From Octopus sinensis (lineage: Eukaryota): 64,000 nucleotides of DNA. The stretch is from the NCBI RefSeq assembly GCF_006345805.1, contig NC_043024.1, positions 496,001 through 560,000 of the forward strand, read 5' to 3'. Positions 23,760 through 37,000 of this stretch are shown here, in pieces. The notes beneath the pieces were generated by a model. The model saw nothing but the letters and a program-made list of their open reading frames with translations. It was not told where the DNA came from and ran no database searches. The position numbers and the translations under genes are program-made. How positions within the stretch are numbered: the first letter of the stretch is position 1; the number at the start of each line of letters is the position of its first letter.

Positions 23760-26700
23760 GTAGAGGCACTAGTGTGGCTGTGTAGTAAGAAACTTGCTTC
23801 CCAACTACATGGTTCTTGGTTCAGTCCCACAGCCTTGCACCTTAGGCAAGTGTCTTCTAGTATAGCCGTGGGCCAACCAAAGTTTGTGAGTGAATTTGGT
23901 AGACAGAACCTGAAAGAAGCCCACCCTGGGTGTGTATGTGTGTAAAGGTAAGGTAAAGATAGCTTCTCAAGGCATACCAACTCATAAGGTGTATATATTC
24001 CCCACATACACACCTGTATGGGACGCCAGTCCATTGCAGGATTACTCATTTTTGCCACCTGAGTGGACCGGAGCAACATGTCGCCCAGTCCATGAATTGA
24101 AACCGTGATCTGATCATGAGTCCAACACCCTAACCACTAAGCCATGCACTTCCATTTTGAGTGTATCTGTGCGTTTTTGTGCCCGTGTTCATCCGCACAT
24201 ACCACTTGACAACTGGTGTTGGTGTGTTTACATCCCTTTACATAGCAGTTCTGCAAAAGAGACCAACAGAATAAAAACTAAGCTTTAAAAAAATACGTCC
24301 TGAGGTCTATTTGTTTGGCTAAAACCCTTCAAAACAGTGCTCCAGCATGGCTACATTCAAATGACTGAAACAAATAAAAAAAAATCAGTAAATAAATAAC
24401 ATTGGTGCCATCTTTTTTTCTCTTTTAACGTAAACCTTTGTTGTATTTTATAGAATCTACGAAACCCCAGTTGTCCACAAACACCAAAGCTCTTTATGGC
24501 ATATCTATTGATCCTTTGTTCCCAAACAGAGTGGTTTCCTTTACAGAGGTAAGCTTTCCCCTCTCACTGAAATTTCTCAATTATTTTTGTAATCTCAACT
24601 AATTAACCCTTGAACATTTAAACTGGCCATATACAACCCAAATATTCTTCCTGACCAGATCTTACCTCTCACACTTACTCTACAATGGCATTCATCATCA
24701 TCGTTTAATGTCTGTCGTCCATGTTAGCATGGATCAGATGGTTTGACCAGAACTGGAAAGCTGCACCAGGCTCTAGTTTGCTTTGGCCTGCTTTCTAACA
24801 GCTGGAGGCCGTTCCTAACACCAACCACTTTACAGAGTGTATTGGGTGCTTTTATGTGGCACCAGCACAAGACTCTTGCTGGCCAATCCTACATTTCTGC
24901 TGTAGAGGAGAGGTCTTACATCATCAAAATCCCAAAGTTACAAAATGATAAATTATTAATTAAAAACAATGTGAATAAAAAACATTACATTTGACCTGGT
25001 GATCAGAATGCTAAAGGATTAAACACTTAAAACCAGTTAACACCAACCCACACTAAATCCAGATCTGGTCCAAAGATTAAAAACCTCCTATTTTAACTTT
25101 TTGTTACCATATTTCAGTTGAAATATCTACAGCTTTTCATTCAGTTAGTTTTTAAAATAATTACTAATTTAGTAAAATAACTTTGTCATTGTTAAGCTGA
25201 TGCATGGAACCTAAATTAACAGGAAATTTTTATTTCTATCCTTTTTTTAGGACAGTGTTTGTATGTGTTGGTGCTAGTTAATGTGTGTGTGTGTGTTTGT
25301 CAGTATATATGTATGTGTTTCTATGTTGGTGTTTGTGTGTGCTTGTATGTCAATGGTTGCATGTGAGAGTGTGTGTTGTCAGTGTGTGTGCGTGTATCAT
25401 TACAAGTGTGTGTGGTTGTATGTCAGTGTTTGCATATGAGAGTGTGTGCATGTGTATTGTCAGTGTATATATGTTTGTGTATCAGTCCCTCTGTGCATGT
25501 GTGTGTGTATCACTTGGTGTATGTATAACATTGTCCATGTATGTATATGCTTGTGTGTTAAGGCGGCGAGCTGCCAGAAACGTTAGCACGCCAGGCGAAA
25601 TGCGTAGCCGTATTTCATCTGTCGTTACGTTCTGAGTTCAAATTCTGCCGAGGTCAACTTTGCCTTTCATCCTTTCGGGGTCGATAAATTAAGTATCAGT
25701 TACGCACTGGGGTCGATATAATCGACTTAATCCGTCTGTCTGTCCTTGTTTGTCTCCTCTGTGTTTAGCCCCTTGTGGGTAGCAAAGAAACAGGTATTTG
25801 CTTGTGTGTGTCTCTTACTATCAGTATAGGCAGCCAGTGTTTGGACCTGTTTTTCATTCAGATATTCAGACATAATCTCTTTCATTCATCTTGGATTTTA
25901 AATAACTGTTTTTTTTTTGTTTTTTTTTTCAGAATCAAGTATTTATCTGGAATCTTAGAAACCTAGATGATCCTGTATCCTTTTGCTGCACACTGTTTCT
26001 TAATATCAGGGCCCAGGAAGTAGGGACCAGGTGTCAGAGGAACAGCAGAATTGATAAGACCTCTGCCAAAATCCCTTACCAATTTTAATGTGTTTAATTG
26101 TGTATATTAGGGGACGTGAAGGAGCGTGGCCTAGTGGTTAGGCAGTTGCACTCACGATCGCTACATCGTGGGTTCAATTTCCTGACTGGCTGGCGCATTG
26201 TGTTCTTGAGGAAAACACTTCATTTCGTGTTGCTCCAGTTCCCTTTTCAATCAGGGGAGAATGTTAGCCTGCTTGCCTAGCCAGCAGGTTGGCATCATTC
26301 GAAGGCTTAAACAGTGCAAAATGCATTGTGACCAGCGATGTGTAACAACATCAGATATCCTGGTCAGTCAAGTGATATTAGGGGACATTTACCTTTTTTC
26401 AGTCCACTGCAGGACAAAGGCCTCAGCATGTTTCCCTTCACCAGAGAATGGCTTGAGATCCTACTGGTTTATTGAGCCTACTCTGCCACACTGGCTCCAC
26501 ATGGCTTGGCAGAGGAATACAATTTCTAGACTCATACCCAGGAGTAGTTAAGTCAATTACAGTCAACCTCAGTACTCAACTGGTACTTATTTTAGCAACC
26601 CCAAAAGGATAAAAGCAAAATTGATCTCATTGGAATTTGAACTCAGAACGTAAAGATGAACAACTTGCTGCTGAGCAGTTTTCCAGGCATGCTGATGATT

Positions 26701-29700
26701 CCACCAACTCATTGACGTTCGTTACCATATTTCAATTAAACTATATTAACTTTGTTTCAATTAATTTTTAAAATAATGAAGAATTTACTAAAATAACTTT
26801 GTCACTATTAAGCTGCTCTTTGGGACATACATTGAGGTGGAATTTTCATGAAAGGTTTTTGATTTAAAACAGGAAGTTTGTATCATAGAATCAGGATCAG
26901 TCTCAGAGAAGTTGGTTTTAAAAGTGGAGATGAAATTAGTTGGGTAGTTTTATACAGGAGTGTAAGACTGAATTAATGGTAAAAGAATAGAATATATTAG
27001 TGATTCTTTTGGGGGAGGTCATATTAAACTTGAGGTTGCATTTTGTTCAGACATGTTACAAGTAAAAAAGGAGTAAACTAAACTTGTTGAGTCATGCTGA
27101 CTCATAAGGGCCAGTTTCTTGGTTTCCATGGCATATACATTCCCCCTCCTGGACGGGACGCCAGCCATCGCAGGATTACTCATTTTTGCCAGCTGAGTGG
27201 ACTGGAGCAATATGTTCTGCTCAAGAACACAGCACATTGCCCAGTCCAGGAATGAAAACCATAATCTTTTGATCATGAGTCCAACATCTTAACCACTGAG
27301 TCACTTGCTTCCACTCAAGTTGCAGGTGCCTCACACTGACTCGTAACTTGAATAGTACAGGATTAATAAACTTGTATCATTTATATTAATGTAGAGATAC
27401 CTGTAATTCATTGAACTATTTAAGTAAATTTAATATTTAACTTAGAGGCAGGATGGCAAGTTGGCAGAATTGTTAGCATGCTGAGCAAGATGTTTAACAG
27501 TGTTTCATCTGTCTTTACATTCTGGGTTCAAATTCCACCCAGATCAGCTTTGCCTTTCAGCCTTTCTAGGTCATTAAAATAAGTACCATTTGACTACTGG
27601 GTCAATGTAATTGACTTACCTGCCATTTCCTGAAACTGCTGGCCTTGTGTGATATTTGAATTTTCCAATGGTTAAATAAATTTCATCAGACTATTTCTCT
27701 TGTCATTTATACCTTTATACACTCCTTCTCGTTTTCTCTTGTATTGTATGATATATTATAAATGCTTTGTAGAGCAATATATTAAGGAGCTTCTTTTAGG
27801 AGTAGTGCTGGATTACTTGAATCCATATATTGTGACTTGAATAAATACGTATAGATACATGATGGGCTGCTTTCAGTTTCCGTCTACCAAATCCATTGTC
27901 GAGACTTTGGTTGACCCAAGGCTATAATAGAAGACACTTGCCCAGGGTGCCATGCAGTGAGACTGAACCAGGGACCATATGATTGGGAAGCGAGTTTCTT
28001 ATTACAGTCATGCCTGACTCTAGTCTAAGGCTGAAAACTCTTGCCCACAAGGTGAGATTTGTTGCAAAATGTTGACAGGCAATGGGTGACCATGAATAGA
28101 CTGACTCTTAGAATTCTATCTTCAAGTTCACAGTTGTTGTTCTTTAACTTGTTCTCCAGGAATTTACAATCTCTGAATTAAAACCTGTACAGAAAGTCAG
28201 TTGGTGCCCCACACGGTGAGTGTAGCAGCTTATTTATTAATGTGTGTGTGTGTGTGTGTCTATTAACCGTTAATCCAGGCATGTTTTTTTGCCTCTTTTC
28301 ATTCCTTTTCTTGGAAGAGAACAGGTTTGAAACATCAAAGATTTCTTTCATTTTTCCTGAATGTCAAACTCATACACCATGTTTGTTGTTCCCTCACCTG
28401 TCTCTGTCTTAAGTTTTTTTTGTACAATTTTGAACTCTATGTATGTGCGTGTGTGTGTCTATATTATCATCATCATCATACGTCCATTTTCCATGCTGGC
28501 ATGGGTTGGATGGTTTGACTGAAAACTGGTAATCCGGGGAGCTGCACCAGGTCCCAATCTTGATCTGGCAGGGTTTCTACAGCTGGATGCCCTTCCTAAT
28601 GCCAACCACTTCATGAGCATAGTGGGTGTTTTTTACATGCCACCAGCATGGGTGCCAGTCAGACGGCATTGGTATCGGCCACGACTATGCTTTCACTCGG
28701 CTCAACAGGTCTTCACAAGCACAGCATATCACCCAATGTTTGAAGGGTGCTTTTAATGGACCAGTTATGTGACACACATACGTACATAGATATATATATA
28801 TATCATCATCATCATCAGTTAGCGTCCGTTTTCCTTGCTAGCATGGGTTGGACGGTTCAACTGGGGTCTGGGAAGCCACAAGGCTGCACCAGGCCTAGTC
28901 TGATCTGGTAGTGTTTCTACGGCTGGATGCCCTTCCTAACGCCAACCACTCCGCGAGTGTGGTTGGCATTATCATGTGACCGACCAGGTTATCAGATGTT
29001 GCTACACATCGCTGGTCACAATGCGCTTCGCATTGGTTTAGCCTTCAAATGACGCCACCCTGCTGGCTAAGCGAGCAGGCCAACAGAAGAAAGAGTGAGA
29101 GAAAGTTGTGGCGAAAGAGTACAGCAGGGATCGCCACCACCCCCTGCTGGAGCCTCATGGAGCTTTAGGTGTTTTCGCTCAATAAACACTCACAATGCCC
29201 GGTCTGGGAATCGAAACCGCGATCCTACAACTGCGAGTTCACTGCCCTAACCACTGGGCCATTGTGCCCCCCCCCCATATATATATATATATATATATGC
29301 ACATATATGTATATATATATATATCATCATCATTGTTTAACATCCGCCTTACATGCTGGCATGGGTTGAACGATTTGAAGCAAGATTCTCATTGCACAGT
29401 GCAAGTCATCGTCATCATCATCATCGTTGAAATCAATAATTAATACATTTAGTAACTATAAATTTTGCTTATTATTAAAATGTCCCTTGTTATGTTTTTC
29501 TCCTTTCAGGGTTGGTTTCCTCAGTATTCTGTGTAAAGATAGCTCAACAATTCAACACTGTGATATTATCCACACTTCTGATGGTAAACGATCGTTCTTT
29601 GTTTCTCTTCAGTTTTTCTTTTCAATAATCTCCTCTCCTGTTTCCAGATTTCTAGAATTCTCTCCAGCTACCTGCTTGACAAACTTCACAAACCTATGCA

Positions 29701-30979
29701 TGCTCAACCAGCTAAAAATGGTGGCTAAATTGACCTCAAATTACATTCTATCATTTTAACCTTTTTGTTACCATATTTCTGTTGAAATTCAGAGAATCTG
29801 AAAAGTTGTCGTTTGTAAGAAGTGTCTCTGGGGGCATCTCTGCTTCTTGTGGAGGAGGAACAAAAGGCTTACTCATATTCTTTGTGCAGCCCATGCTGGG
29901 ACACTGTCTTAAAGGGTTTTAGTCAAATATATTGCCACCAATACTTATTTTTCAGGTCTGGTTCTTATTATATCAGTGTCTTTAGCTGTACCGCTTAGTC
30001 ATGGGATTGAAAAGAAAGACACATATACAGTGGGCTTCCACACGGTTTCAGTTTACCAAATTTACTCACAAGGCATATGTCTCAAACTATTTCTTTCTTA
30101 TTTACTCTTCTAGGCCCAGATGATCTTGAGCCAGCTTACATTCAAAGATATACACCCTGTAAGTATCATCACCATCATGATCGTTATCACCATCACCATC
30201 ATCATCATCACCACCACCATCATCACCATCACCACCACCATCATCACCACCACCATCATCACCATCATGATCGTCATCATCACCACCATCATCACCATCA
30301 ATCCTCACTTTCTTTTTCAAGTCAAACTTGAACAAGTTGATGAGGGTTTGGCTAAAGAGGAAAGCATCTGTCTTCGGCCCTTTCAGTCTGATCCATCAAA
30401 CAAACTCTTTCACTAAGTATTTACATATTGATAATCCTTTCTACTAAAGGCACAAACCCTGAAATTTGAGGGGAGGGGTGCAGTCGATTACATCGATCCC
30501 CAGTATTCAACTGGTACTTATTTTCTTGATCCTGAAAGGATGAAAGCCAAAGTCAACCTCAGTGGAATTTGAACTCAGAACATAAAGACGGATGAAATGC
30601 CAGCAAGCATTTTAACCAGCGTGCTAATGGCTCTGCCAGCTCTCCCCCCCCACTTATTTACACATCGATCATAAAATACACACACACACATATACATTAT
30701 AATCAGATACACAACACATATACACACACACACGTATATACATTTACTTAATAACCATACAAACACACACAATTATATAATGTTCATATATACACACATA
30801 GTATAATGATCATAGACTACATATACACACACACAACACATACATGCTCTCTCTTGTTCATCCTATCTCTCTCTCTCCCTATCTCTCTTTATGCCAATCT
30901 GTCCCTCTTTATCTCTGGTTCTAGATGCTTCTCTCCTTTCTGTATCCTTCTCTTTTCTCTCATTCTCATTCACTCATGC

Positions 30980-31022
<43 letters not shown>

Positions 31023-34000
31023 ATTCATGTATCTCCTTTTCTCTTCCTCTCATTCTCACTCACACATGCTCACTCTCTTTCTCTCTCTCTTTATTTCTCC
31101 TTTTCTATCACTTTCTCTCTGTATCTCTCTTTTTCTCTCACTTTCACATGTTCTCTCTTCTTCTCTCATACTAACATGCTCTTTCTCTTCCCCCCTCTCT
31201 CTCTCTTTCTGTCTATCTTTTTCTCTCTCTCTTCCCCTCTCTCTCTCTATCTTTTTCTCCCTCCCTCTCTCTCACTTTCTCCCTCTGTCTCTCTTTCACT
31301 CACTCTTATACTAACACATGTTCTCTCTCTTTCTCTCTCCCCTTTATTGCTTCAGGTGATAAGTCAACATGCCTTTCCTCCTTTGCGTGGCATCTCTCTG
31401 AAGACAATCGCTTCCTCACCATTCGACCCAATGGAATAATGACCGATGAGAAGATTTGTAACCAAATTGCTCTGGTAAGTTACTTCTCCATCTTTGAATT
31501 TTTGTAGTAGTAGTAGCAGCAGCAGCAGCAGCATTGTTGTATGACTCCACATCAACTGTAATGTGTCAGACCAGTTATCAAGAGTTCCAGCTGAGATTAT
31601 CCATTCTTAGAGTCAACAAGTTCATCTAGGACTACATTATCTAATGTGTCCCCTATTTTTTGTTGTTTTTTAACCCTAAGTCACACCTGTATTATGAAAG
31701 GTGTTACTGTTTTCATCCGTAAAAAGGTAAAAGACCCCCCTCCTCCTTCCTTCAGTCATGAATATCTTTACCGCCTTTTGTTACAGGATTGGTCGAATGA
31801 ATTTAATTTAACAGAAGTTTCTGGGAAGAAGAAAGAAGACATTCACCTTTGCAAAGAACTCCTCAAAGAAGACATTGGCATGATTATGAAGAATCGAGCC
31901 ATGCTTGAATATGGAATGGAGGTAAGTCCCCCCTAATTACGCTAGCCATGACGTTGTTGTTGTTGTTCTTGTTGTAAATCTCAACTTACTGTAGGTGGTG
32001 GCGGTGGCGGCAGTGGTGGTGCTTAACCTCTCAAGTTGGCCCTGATCCTTCAGACCTACGATAAAAGCAATATGAGGGGGTCTGAAGAATTCCCAGTTTT
32101 AGGGAAAAGAGAATACAAGGAGGATCGGTTAATTATGATTTTAGAGTTCTATATTTAAGAGATGAGGAATTATGTACATTATTTACATCCTTCAGTTTTT
32201 CTAATCCCTGTAAAGGAACTTGGATGGTTGGGTCTCCAACCAGGCCTTTTGTGATACCCTTAAAGCCAGGGACTTTTCAGCACTCCCTCATATATTCGCA
32301 CATTTTCTCATTGTCCTCATTGTTCTTAATAATTAAAGTCAGTGAAGAAAAGGAATGGATATATTAAGGAACTGAAGATGTATAAGGATCTTCAGGAGAG
32401 CAGGTATTGGACCTTTTTTATAAAAGGTATTTAAGGTAGAAATATTTGTGTTGGATGTCAGTAGGTATGAAGTGAATATATATTCACCTCTTCAGCAAGA
32501 CACTTGCTCTTGGCCTTCTATCATACATTTATAACCTTCAGTATTATAAAGGATTTGATGCCACTTACAACTACCTTTGCATCTTCTGTCTTATAATATT
32601 TTTGTTAGTCCAACCTATACTTTTCCTACAGTTACTAACTCTTTTTGGCTTGGACTCTTTCTCCCCATCATTTGGTGTGGGAGTTTAGGTATCTGGTCCA
32701 GTCTGAGCACTTTTTGTCTTTATCTATTAAACACCTTTTTTTTATGCATCCTTACTCGTGGTTAATCCATATTATTCTATAAGGAGTTTAGGGCCACAAC
32801 CATTTCATGCCAGTGGATGTAATCTTGGGGCTACCTCCTTGATTTCAGATCAAGATAGACTGATTGCTTTTACTTCATCCTCCACGCATCCTTTCCAGGT
32901 CTTCTCAGGTCATTCAACTTTCCTCTTCTCTTCAGGTTGCCAGTCTAACACTTGTCTTGAAATGCCCTTTGGAGGTCCCCTTAGTCTGTGACCAGTTCAC
33001 CTCCATTTCCTTTTCTTACTCACAACACACACACACACATATACATTGTAGTTTTATGTATCCATGCAAACGGGGAGAAAATGAAAGGGGAATTTTCCCT
33101 ATTGTTTGTATCCTACATAAGTTTGATCTGTTTATATAGAAACTCCTTTATATTTATACTTAAGTATTTATCATCTGAAAGTTTTCAGTCTTTGCTTTCT
33201 CTTTGTATACATTTGTACATATTTTGTATGTCAAACCTAAGCTGTTATATTTAATTTGTTGCCTCCATACCTGCTCACCTAGATTCCTCTTATTGCCACT
33301 CTTTACTCTGCAGAATTGGTCTCTCATAAAAACATTGGAGTCTAAATTGAAATCATTTGAGCTCTACTAAGTGTTTTCTATACTGAGACTCTCTGCATCT
33401 CTCATCTGTTGACTGCATATTGTCATTTTATATTTTTAGATTGATAAACCGTGGAAAAGTGCTGAAATAGTACAAGATGACAAAGTGCTTTCACGGCTGT
33501 GGACGTGGATGGCAAGTATCCTTTGAATTCCGTTTGAAAATTACAGATGACACGGAGAATTTTCTGACAATATTTTATTGGTGGTTTAATGTGTATTGTG
33601 TTGTATACCTTAGAAAAGATGACTTCACATTCCTGCCTTGAATTTCATGATTGTGAGACCCAGAATTTGGAGCAAGTGTTAGTGCAATTTGATTAAGGTT
33701 TGGCAGCTGTTTTGTGGGGCTGAGGTAGGTCAGAAGTGTAGGGTCAGTGATGTAACGCAAACAACCAAGGGGCCTTATTGGAAGGTGAGGGGTGACGGAG
33801 GTCATGTGAACAGAAGCACAACTAGCAAGGGCCTCTTTTACCTTGGGGCTCTCGTATGAGATGGATGTATTTGGCTGCATGAGTTGAGGGAATTTGCCTA
33901 TAGATTCTGGCCAGAGGTTAGGTGTGTGGGGCTCCAGTGGATATTTATCCCCACTGGAAAGGATCAATGCTAAGAAAGAACCTGCAAGATAGGTGATTTG

Positions 34001-37000
34001 CACTTCCCTCCAACATTGATGTCATACACCTTGATTTCAGCAAGGCATTTGACAGGGTGGACCACAAAATCCTGCTGAAGAAACTGTCCAACATTGGAGT
34101 CTGTAGAAAGCTGCTGCAGTGGATAAAGTGTTTCCTGATGAACAGGACCCAACATGTGGTTGAGGGAATCCAATGAAGCTCAGCCAAAGTCAGTAGTGGT
34201 GTCCCACAAGGTACAATGTTGGGCCCACTACTCTTCATTAGCTACATCAGTGACATAGTCGGATTTGCTGTTGTCCAATGGGTGGAAAAGAGAATACTCT
34301 GAAACTACCATATGCTCTTCCCTTGGGTGACTCCCTAGTGTCATCCAACAACACTAGAGACCTTGGAGTAATTGTTGATAACAATCTGAGCTGGAGTTCA
34401 CACGTAAACAGCAAGTTTGACTTGGCCCACAAGATGTGCTCCTGGATTCTGAGAACTTTCTAGTCTAGAGATGCTCACACCATCATCCTTCTCTACTCTA
34501 CTTTTGCCCAACCCCACCTTGAATACTGTTGCCCACTGTGGTCTCCCTGCATGAAGCAAAGCATTATGAAAGTGGAAGCACTCCAGAAGTCAATAACAAT
34601 GCCACTGTGAGTGCCACATCATTTGTGTGGTATGAAAAATATTCCATCAATATTGCACAACTGGTGTTAACATCAGTTTTAAAATTCATCCAAGACTTGG
34701 CCCCTGTGCAAATCGAACTCAAGACACATGGCAACATTACAACACAACTATTTTATCTCAAGCGGCTCTCATTAATATTATATCAAAAGGGAAACAGATC
34801 CCATAAATATTATTTACATTTGACAGATATTTGTCCTCATCTTGTTTGTTGTTAACACAACGTTTCGGCTGATATAGCCTCCAGCCTTCATCAGGTGTAG
34901 ATCCCATAAAATTCAAAAGTTCTTTGGACAAATTTCTCAAAAAAATCCCGGACCAACCTCCTACACCCAGATATGTCTCCAACAATAATAACTCTTTGCT
35001 AGAGGGGCCCATGGTGTCCCATATATGACTAAAAGTCTTCACCAGGTGGTGCTATTAAATCAGACATGGCCTGGGACTAGACTGGCCGAAACCTAAGTTA
35101 TTTAAGTTACTTTGATTTAGAGTTTTTCAGTGAAGGTTTTAAAAACTATTTTAACTTCCTTCAGTTTATTTTCAGTTTCCAATATCTGCTGTGTGTTGCG
35201 CACAAATCTTTATTAATTACCAAATTTGTTTGTTTGTGATTAATAATGTTTATTTGTAAGAAACTGGTCCATCGTTTCCTTAACTGTTGTTTATCCCAGT
35301 GTGTAAAGATAGAATTAGAGATAAGATGAGAAAAACTGAGCAGAATTGCTATTATGGAGTTGAGAGTGTTCTGTTAAACTTGAAGAGTAAAGAAACACGA
35401 GAAAAATGGCAGGGACTTGAAGATAACGAAACATGTGCCAAATATGTTTATCGCAGCGAGGAGAGGTAAGAGGTGCTTTTTATTGGGGTTTTTATTTTCC
35501 TTAATAATTTTGTCAGTAAATGTGTCAGTGGCACAGTAGATGATGATGATAGTGGCCTATCATCATCATCATCATCCTTTAATATCCATTTTCCATGCTG
35601 GCATGAGTTGGATGGTTTGACCAGAGCTGGCAAGCAGAAGAGATGCACCAGGTTCCAGTCTGATTTGGTTTGGTGTCTACAGCTGGATGCCTTTCCTAAT
35701 GCCAACCACTTTACAGTTTGTGATGGGTGCATTTAATGTGGCACCAACACAGGACACATGCAGGCCAATCCCTTTCAGCAGAGGGTGGGGTGGTCTTAAC
35801 ATTTCTACTGTACAGGACAGGTCTTCTTGAGCACAGCAAAGTATCAGACGTCTCGGTCCTTTGTCATCTTATCTGAAAGGTCCAGCGTCCTCAGGTCGTC
35901 CTTCAGCACTTTGTTCCATGTCTCTCTGGATCTCCCTCTTCCACATGTTTCATCCACTTTGACTTCTTTATGGAGCTGTCAGCATCCATCTGCATCACAT
36001 GGCCAAACCAGTGCAGTCATCTCTCTTCTACACTGTATCTAATTCCTCTTATTCCTAACTCCTCTCACACACGTACCCTTACACATCCAGTGGGGCACAC
36101 TAGGCTCATTTCTCTCTAGTCTTCAGAAATGTTACTGTGGCCCAGTGGACAGGGTTATGCCTGTAGACCAGGCATTGCTGAGTGGTTATGATGATTGTTT
36201 TGTGATCATGAAGCCCCAGGTTCAATCCCACTACATGGCATCTTGCTATGAGTCTGAGAGTTTGTTGTTGCAGACTTTTTTTCTACATCCAGAGGCATTT
36301 CCTGTCCCCAACTGTCACTTGATTCTGGGCAAGGTAACATTTTGTTTTAACCGGAGGTGTTTTCATTTATTCTCAGTCCCCCCCTCTCTACCTGAATTTA
36401 GAGCAATCCATATATTTTTGTCTTATTTACTATGTTCTTACAGGTACCATGTTCTGCAGATGTGTGGCTGGGACAATCTACAAAATCCAACTGGAATAAG
36501 TGAGTTCAGGAAAAGGTGAGTTACTTCCATTGGCTGTGTTATTTTGGTGAGAGAGAACTATGGATAATTGCATATATATGACTAGATGACTGTATATATG
36601 TATGTGTATATATCTGTATGTGACAATTATTCGGTAGCCATGATAAAACTGAGTTTCGGACATTGGGGCAGAAACCCACGCCAGCATCTCTTCAGTTATC
36701 TGACCATCGAAAAAAAGATCTATGAAAATGACCGTTAAAACAAAAGAAAATTACTGTGTGATTGACCGTTATTAAGACAAAAGAACTATTAGAATGACCG
36801 CTAAGTAAGAGGAGGGAGTAAAAATGCTCATTGTAAGTGCACATGTCCGTACATACACATGCGTGTCTGTACACCCACGTACATGCACCTACATGTATAT
36901 ACACATCCACCCTCACTAGAAACACACACAAATGCTCACCCACACATTCGTCAAACAATATATACATACACGATCACACGCACAAACCCATGCGCACAAA

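Noticed and set aside
35060-35100. Third hammerhead (GGCC...GGCC-GAAAC)
   Set aside because: The CUGANGA half of the core is absent.
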